The notes under the pieces were generated by a model, which was not told the DNA's origin, made no database searches, and saw nothing but the letters and a program-made list of their open reading frames with translations. Positions 53,186 to 57,593 of a DNA stretch of 57,593 nucleotides are shown here, one piece after another. This DNA comes from Flavobacteriales bacterium (lineage in GTDB: Bacteria > Bacteroidota > Bacteroidia > Flavobacteriales_D > Sanyastnellaceae), in assembly GCA_947464415.1 (NCBI GenBank), contig CANHWU010000001.1:1-57593 (forward strand), read 5' to 3'. The position numbers and the translations under genes were made by a program. Each line of letters starts with the position of its first letter. Position 1 is the stretch's first letter.

Positions 53186-55315
53186 ATGATGAGTAGAAAG
53201 AAAAAAAAGTCCTCTGGCGGATTCAAAGCGCGTCTTGCCGAGGAGGTGTGGAAGGTGTTAGAGGCCAAACCCACACAGGGTTTGAATTACAAACAAATTG
53301 GCGCTGCCTTGGGAATCAAGGATTCGGGTGATCGTGTGTTGTTGATGGAAATTTTGCACCGTGGGGTTGCAGATGGAAAACTCAAAGAAACGGAGAGAGG
53401 GAAGTTTATATTGAAGGAAGTAAAACAAGTTACCCTCATCGGGGTGATTGATGTCAGTAAATTTGGGAAGGCCTATGTTGCTGTACCTGGTGTGGAAGAA
53501 GATTTTGTGTTGGAAAAAGCTACGTTCGGAACGGCACTTTCAGGAGATAAGGTGGAGATTCAAGTGCAAAATTTGGGTCGTCGTTCACGGGCCAAATTTA
53601 TCAGGATTGTGGAGCGTTTTCGTTCACAATATGTCGGTGTATTTCACGATAAAGGGGGATATGCGGAGGTTATTCCAGTAACCAAAAATTTGGGAATTGT
53701 ATTTATTGTAAAAGGTCCTCAAAAAGGAACGGCAAAGGAAGGGGATAAAGTTTCGGTAAGAATTACAGAATGGACGGACCCTAAGCGAATGCCATTGGCA
53801 GAGGTAGTGCAAGTTTTTGGGCAACAAGGTGTTCATGATGTTGAGATGCATGCTATTATGGCGGAATTTGAGCTACCCTATGAGTTTCCTGAAGAGGTTT
53901 TACATTTTGCAAATGAAATCAAAGACGGTTTTACAGATGATGAGATCAACAAGCGAAGAGATTTTAGAACTATAACCACATTTACCATTGATCCTTTTGA
54001 CGCGAAAGATTTTGATGATGCGTTGTCTTTTAGAGCATTGGAGAATGGAAATGTAGAAGTGGGGGTGCACATTGCGGATGTGTCTTTTTATGTCCAGCCC
54101 GATTCTATCGTCGATAAAGAGGCACAAAGAAGAGCTACCAGTGTTTATTTGGTGGATCGTACCATTCCGATGCTGCCAGAGAGGCTTTCCAATGAGTTGT
54201 GTTCATTGCGACCAAATGAGGATAAAATGACTTTTTCTGCGGTTTTTGAAATGGATGTATCGGGTAATATTCAAAATGAATGGTTTGGAAGAACCATCAT
54301 TCATTCCGACAGAAGGTTTACTTATGAGGAAGCTCAAGCCATCATTGAAGGAGGAGAGGGCGATTTTAAGAATGAAGTTTTGACTTTGAATGGTCTTGCG
54401 CGAAAATTGCGCAAGAAGAGATTTGATGAAGGGAGCATTGATTTCAGCAGTGAGGAGGTGAAATTCAAATTGGATGATAAGGGCAAACCGGAGGGTGTTT
54501 ACATCAAGGTGATGAAGGAATCCAATCAGTTGATTGAGGAGTTTATGTTGTTAGCGAATCAACGTGTAGCAAAGTTTGTCGGAAAAAATGCGCAAGGTCA
54601 ATCGCGACCTTGTGTATATCGGGTGCATGATTTGCCGAGTCCTGAAAAGATTCAATCTTTGCATAATTTTCTGAAGCATTTAGGGTACAAGCTTCCCAAA
54701 GCTACGGACAGCGTTGGTGGAAAGGTGATCAAAGAATTATTAGCACGTGTAGAGGGTCAGCCGGAGGAAAGCATGGTGCAGATCATGGCGATTCGCTCGA
54801 TGGCCAAAGCGGAATATTCTACCAAAAATATTGGTCATTATGGATTGGCCTTTTCTGATTATTCTCATTTTACTTCACCGATACGACGATATCCCGATGT
54901 GTTGATACATCGATTGTTACAACGTTATTTAGACAATGAGGGGCCTGCCAATGAAACCTTTTTGGAGCTACATTGTAAGCATGACTCCATCATGGAGAAG
55001 AAGGCAGCGGAGGCGGAGCGAGCCAGCATTAAATACAAGCAAGTGGAATATCTCTTGATGCACAAAGGTCAAATATTAGAGGGGATGATTTCCGGTTTTT
55101 CCTCCAATGGTCTTTTTGTGGAAATCAAAGGAAATAAATGTGAGGGATTTGTTCCTATTGATTCGCTGGATTTTGGTAATTTTCATTTCGATAAGCAATC
55201 GTATATCATGGTCAATAATAGAGGAGAAGAAATTCATTTGGGTGACGAGGTCATGGTGAAAGTGAAGTCAGGAAATTTATTGGAAAGACAGATAATTTTT
55301 GAAGTGGTTCAGTAA
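53186..55315 (+). CDS. rnr: Ribonuclease R
   Basis: Basic N-terminus MMSRKKKKSSGG, cold-shock/OB region, RNB domain (IDPFDAKDFDDALS, VHIADVS, HYGLAFSDYSHFTSPIRRYPDVLIHR) and a C-terminal S1 domain. The ORF opens at TTG 53129. Confidence 0.92.
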   Translation: MMSRKKKKSSGGFKARLAEEVWKVLEAKPTQGLNYKQIGAALGIKDSGDRVLLMEILHRGVADGKLKETERGKFILKEVKQVTLIGVIDVSKFGKAYVAVPGVEEDFVLEKATFGTALSGDKVEIQVQNLGRRSRAKFIRIVERFRSQYVGVFHDKGGYAEVIPVTKNLGIVFIVKGPQKGTAKEGDKVSVRITEWTDPKRMPLAEVVQVFGQQGVHDVEMHAIMAEFELPYEFPEEVLHFANEIKDGFTDDEINKRRDFRTITTFTIDPFDAKDFDDALSFRALENGNVEVGVHIADVSFYVQPDSIVDKEAQRRATSVYLVDRTIPMLPERLSNELCSLRPNEDKMTFSAVFEMDVSGNIQNEWFGRTIIHSDRRFTYEEAQAIIEGGEGDFKNEVLTLNGLARKLRKKRFDEGSIDFSSEEVKFKLDDKGKPEGVYIKVMKESNQLIEEFMLLANQRVAKFVGKNAQGQSRPCVYRVHDLPSPEKIQSLHNFLKHLGYKLPKATDSVGGKVIKELLARVEGQPEESMVQIMAIRSMAKAEYSTKNIGHYGLAFSDYSHFTSPIRRYPDVLIHRLLQRYLDNEGPANETFLELHCKHDSIMEKKAAEAERASIKYKQVEYLLMHKGQILEGMISGFSSNGLFVEIKGNKCEGFVPIDSLDFGNFHFDKQSYIMVNNRGEEIHLGDEVMVKVKSGNLLERQIIFEVVQ

Positions 55316-55317
55316 AC

Positions 55318-56094
55318 ATGGAACATTCAGAATTATCGGTAGTGATTATTACCTTCAATGAAGAAAGAAACATCCAGCGATGTATAGAATCTGCATTGAA
55401 GGTGACAAATGATATCGTCATTTGGGATTCTTTTTCTACTGATAAAACAAGGGAGATTTGTGAGCGATATCCTGTGCAGTTTTTTCAACATCAATGGGAG
55501 GGATATTCTATTTCAAAGAATAAAGCCAATAGCAAAGCGAGTTATAATTGGATCTTATCTTTGGATGCAGATGAAGCTTTGAGTGAGGAATTAGTAAAGT
55601 CTATAAACGATTTAAAGATGAGGGGATTGGTTCCAGCGCAATTTGCTCGTCTCACGAATTACTGTGGAAGTTGGATCAGACATTGTGGGTGGTATCCTGA
55701 TCAAAAATGGAGAATTTTTGATAGACGAGAAGTGGAATGGAGAGGAGTGATTCATGAGGCACTCACATGGAAATCTGCCGGTGAAACCAAGAGAATTGAA
55801 TGGATAGTGGGTGATTGCTTACATTATAGCTACTACACGCCAGAGGATCACTACAGGCAAGCGGATAAGTTTGTAAGAATCATGGCAGAGGAAAAGGTGA
55901 AGGAGGGAAAAAGAACTTTCTGGTGGATGAGAGGGTTGTCTCCTATTTTTAAGTTCATTCAAATGTATTTTTTAAAGGGAGGTGTTTTGGATGGTTGGTC
56001 AGGATGGAAAGTATGCTCACGTTCCGCATGGGCAGCGTATAAAAAGTACCAATATTGGTATGAATTGCAACATCTAAAGCATTCCAATCAATGA
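55318..56094 (+). CDS. Family 2 glycosyltransferase (LPS core type)
   Basis: 258 aa. LSVVIITFNEERNIQRCIES, a DSFSTD motif and LDADE (DxD). Confidence 0.8.
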   Translation: MEHSELSVVIITFNEERNIQRCIESALKVTNDIVIWDSFSTDKTREICERYPVQFFQHQWEGYSISKNKANSKASYNWILSLDADEALSEELVKSINDLKMRGLVPAQFARLTNYCGSWIRHCGWYPDQKWRIFDRREVEWRGVIHEALTWKSAGETKRIEWIVGDCLHYSYYTPEDHYRQADKFVRIMAEEKVKEGKRTFWWMRGLSPIFKFIQMYFLKGGVLDGWSGWKVCSRSAWAAYKKYQYWYELQHLKHSNQ

Positions 56095-57047
56095 GAATTT
56101 TGATAGCCAGGACAGATAGTATAGGAGATGTGATGTTGACATTGCCCATGGCGTATTATCTGAAAAAATTGTTTCCTTCCTCTTGCGTTTTCTTTTTGGG
56201 TAAATCCTACACAAAGGATATCATAGAAAGATGTTTGTGGGTGGATGAGTTTCTCAATGCTGATAATGCCTATTTATTGGAAGATCAAGTGCGATGGCTC
56301 CAGCAATTAAAATTGGATTTGATCATATTTGCCCTGCCCGATCCGCGCTGGATGAGGGCGGCGCATTGTGCCGGTGTACCAAAGCGAATTGCGACAGGTC
56401 ATCGGTTTTCTTCTTGGAGGTGGGCCAATCAAAGGCCGATGTTTGGTCGGAAGAATTCGCCTTTGCATGAAGCCCAATTGAATTTAAAATTATTAACCGG
56501 TCTTGGATTCCATTCCATACCCTCTATAGTGGAGTTAAATACTCTTCCCTTGTTGCGATTTAATACAACCCATTCTAAAAAGAGAATTATTATTCATCCC
56601 TTTTCACAGGGAAGTGCACTCAATTGGACGCTGGATCAATATGATGAATTGGTGGGTTTATTACATCACCAGGAATACGAAATTGTGATATCCGGAACGA
56701 AGAAGGATCAAGAGGTATTATCCATGTACCAAGGCTCTCATCTACAACATATTGAGTCTGTGTGTGGGAAATTTTCATTGAGTGAGTTGATTGATTTTAT
56801 TGCAGAGAGCACGGCACTCATTGCTTGTAGCACAGGTCCTTTGCATTTGGCCGCTCAAGCTGGGATCCACGCGGTGGGCTTGTATGTGAATCGAATCCCT
56901 ATTCATCCCGGCCGATGGCAACCACTGGGAAGGAAGGTTCATATTTTAGCAGAGGAGGATAGTGGTCAAGAAAAAATTACAACGAGCCCAGCTTCGGTCG
57001 CCACTTTTCTGAGGTCCATAATGGAGCACCCAACCACCAAGCGCTGA
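56091..57047 (+). CDS. Family 9 glycosyltransferase (heptosyltransferase-like)
   Basis: 318 aa. MRILIARTDSIGDVMLTLP start and C-terminal ...CSTGPLHLAAQAGIH.VGLY typical of GT9. ATGA overlap with the GT2 gene. Confidence 0.8.
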   Translation: MRILIARTDSIGDVMLTLPMAYYLKKLFPSSCVFFLGKSYTKDIIERCLWVDEFLNADNAYLLEDQVRWLQQLKLDLIIFALPDPRWMRAAHCAGVPKRIATGHRFSSWRWANQRPMFGRKNSPLHEAQLNLKLLTGLGFHSIPSIVELNTLPLLRFNTTHSKKRIIIHPFSQGSALNWTLDQYDELVGLLHHQEYEIVISGTKKDQEVLSMYQGSHLQHIESVCGKFSLSELIDFIAESTALIACSTGPLHLAAQAGIHAVGLYVNRIPIHPGRWQPLGRKVHILAEEDSGQEKITTSPASVATFLRSIMEHPTTKR

Positions 57048-57593
57048 AGAAAGCGGCAAATGTTACACCCGCTTGAGTCTCAAGCGTATCCTCAGAAAGA
57101 AAGGAGAGCAGTAGAATCAAGGTGAAGATAAGTGCCATCAGAGAATAGCGTTTCGATGTTTTTATTAAAGTGAAAATCATGTAAGGGATCAATAACCAAG
57201 CGATAAGGCCAAAAGTGAGAATCAGGGTCAGGTATTGGTTGTGTGTTCTGAGTTGATAGGTACTTTCCAGTCCATCATTTTGCTTTTGGTATTGCTCATT
57301 GAATGCGGTTTGAATATCCCCGGTTCCTACTCCCAGCACCCAGTGCTCTTTTATGATGAGAAGCGCATTTTTCCAATAGATGAAACGCTGGAAGAGAGAA
57401 TGGCCATTAGGGGGATATCCTAATTGCATCATTTGAAATTCAAAAAAAATCCGATCTAACCTTCGTCTAATGCCATTCATCTCTGGATAAAGGAAATTGG
57501 GAATACCCCATTCAATGTTTTGGATATCGGTTTGATTCAGTGAGGCAATTCCAATACTGTCCTTTGTCACTCCTTTTGAAGTTAGATAACGAA
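56977..57593 (-). CDS. O-antigen ligase (Wzy_C) family membrane protein, C-terminal part (5' end lies outside the window)
   Basis: The frame stays open to the window edge. RFIYWKNALLIIKEHWVLGVGTGD...THNQYLTLILTFGLIAWL, followed by TM segments, is the O-antigen ligase loop/helix pattern. Confidence 0.7.
   Translation of the reverse strand, partial: RYLTSKGVTKDSIGIASLNQTDIQNIEWGIPNFLYPEMNGIRRRLDRIFFEFQMMQLGYPPNGHSLFQRFIYWKNALLIIKEHWVLGVGTGDIQTAFNEQYQKQNDGLESTYQLRTHNQYLTLILTFGLIAWLLIPYMIFTLIKTSKRYSLMALIFTLILLLSFLSEDTLETQAGVTFAAFFSAWWLGAPLWTSEKWRPKLGSL

Noticed and set aside
1-57593. Search for tRNA/rRNA genes, CRISPR arrays, integrases/recombinases, toxin-antitoxin pairs, restriction-modification or other defence genes, and island boundaries.
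   Set aside because: None was seen. Intergenic gaps are too short and lack cloverleaf or rRNA signatures. No recombinase, RT, nuclease-ATPase or small-gene pairs are present. The window reads as core chromosome rather than an accessory island.

Overview
The window is a densely packed chromosomal segment from an AT-rich Bacteroidota genome, probably Flavobacteriia-like. Supporting signs are MKK-type signal peptides, TAnnTTTG -7 promoter boxes, five type-A T9SS C-terminal sorting domains, three TonB-dependent receptors, and DUF1573/DUF349/DUF2480 families. I call about 45 CDS. Most are housekeeping: trxB, a fused 2-oxoacid dehydrogenase E1, kup, recX, tilS, pabB, folE, queD, hldD, pth, ispD, ptrB, kdsB, dxs, miaE, rnr and an LPS-core GT2/GT9/O-antigen-ligase cluster. 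Secreted or surface genes are interspersed among them. I saw no rRNA, tRNA, CRISPR array, integrase or intact mobile element; the only mobile-element trace is a small HUH/Y1-transposase-like ORF whose catalytic motifs look degenerate. The best candidate for something new is a two-gene operon at 24999..28817. It pairs an SRAP (YedK/HMCES-like, MCGRY start) protein, which ends in a canonical beta-clamp-binding pentapeptide QLSLF, with a DnaE2-type error-prone Pol III alpha homologue. The second gene follows 6 nt later in the same frame, and no imuA/imuB/Y-family partner is present. Secondary items are listed below.
- A 2021-aa T9SS adhesin-like protein has 13 tandem 24-aa two-cysteine mini-repeats and 7 PKD-like/Ig-like modules, and appears co-transcribed with two DUF1573 paralogues.
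- A T9SS-secreted alpha/beta-hydrolase-fold protein has Gly at the expected Ser nucleophile and is coupled to a TonB receptor.
- Several convergent genes have unusually long 3' overlaps.
All family assignments come from motif recognition by eye; no database search was possible.
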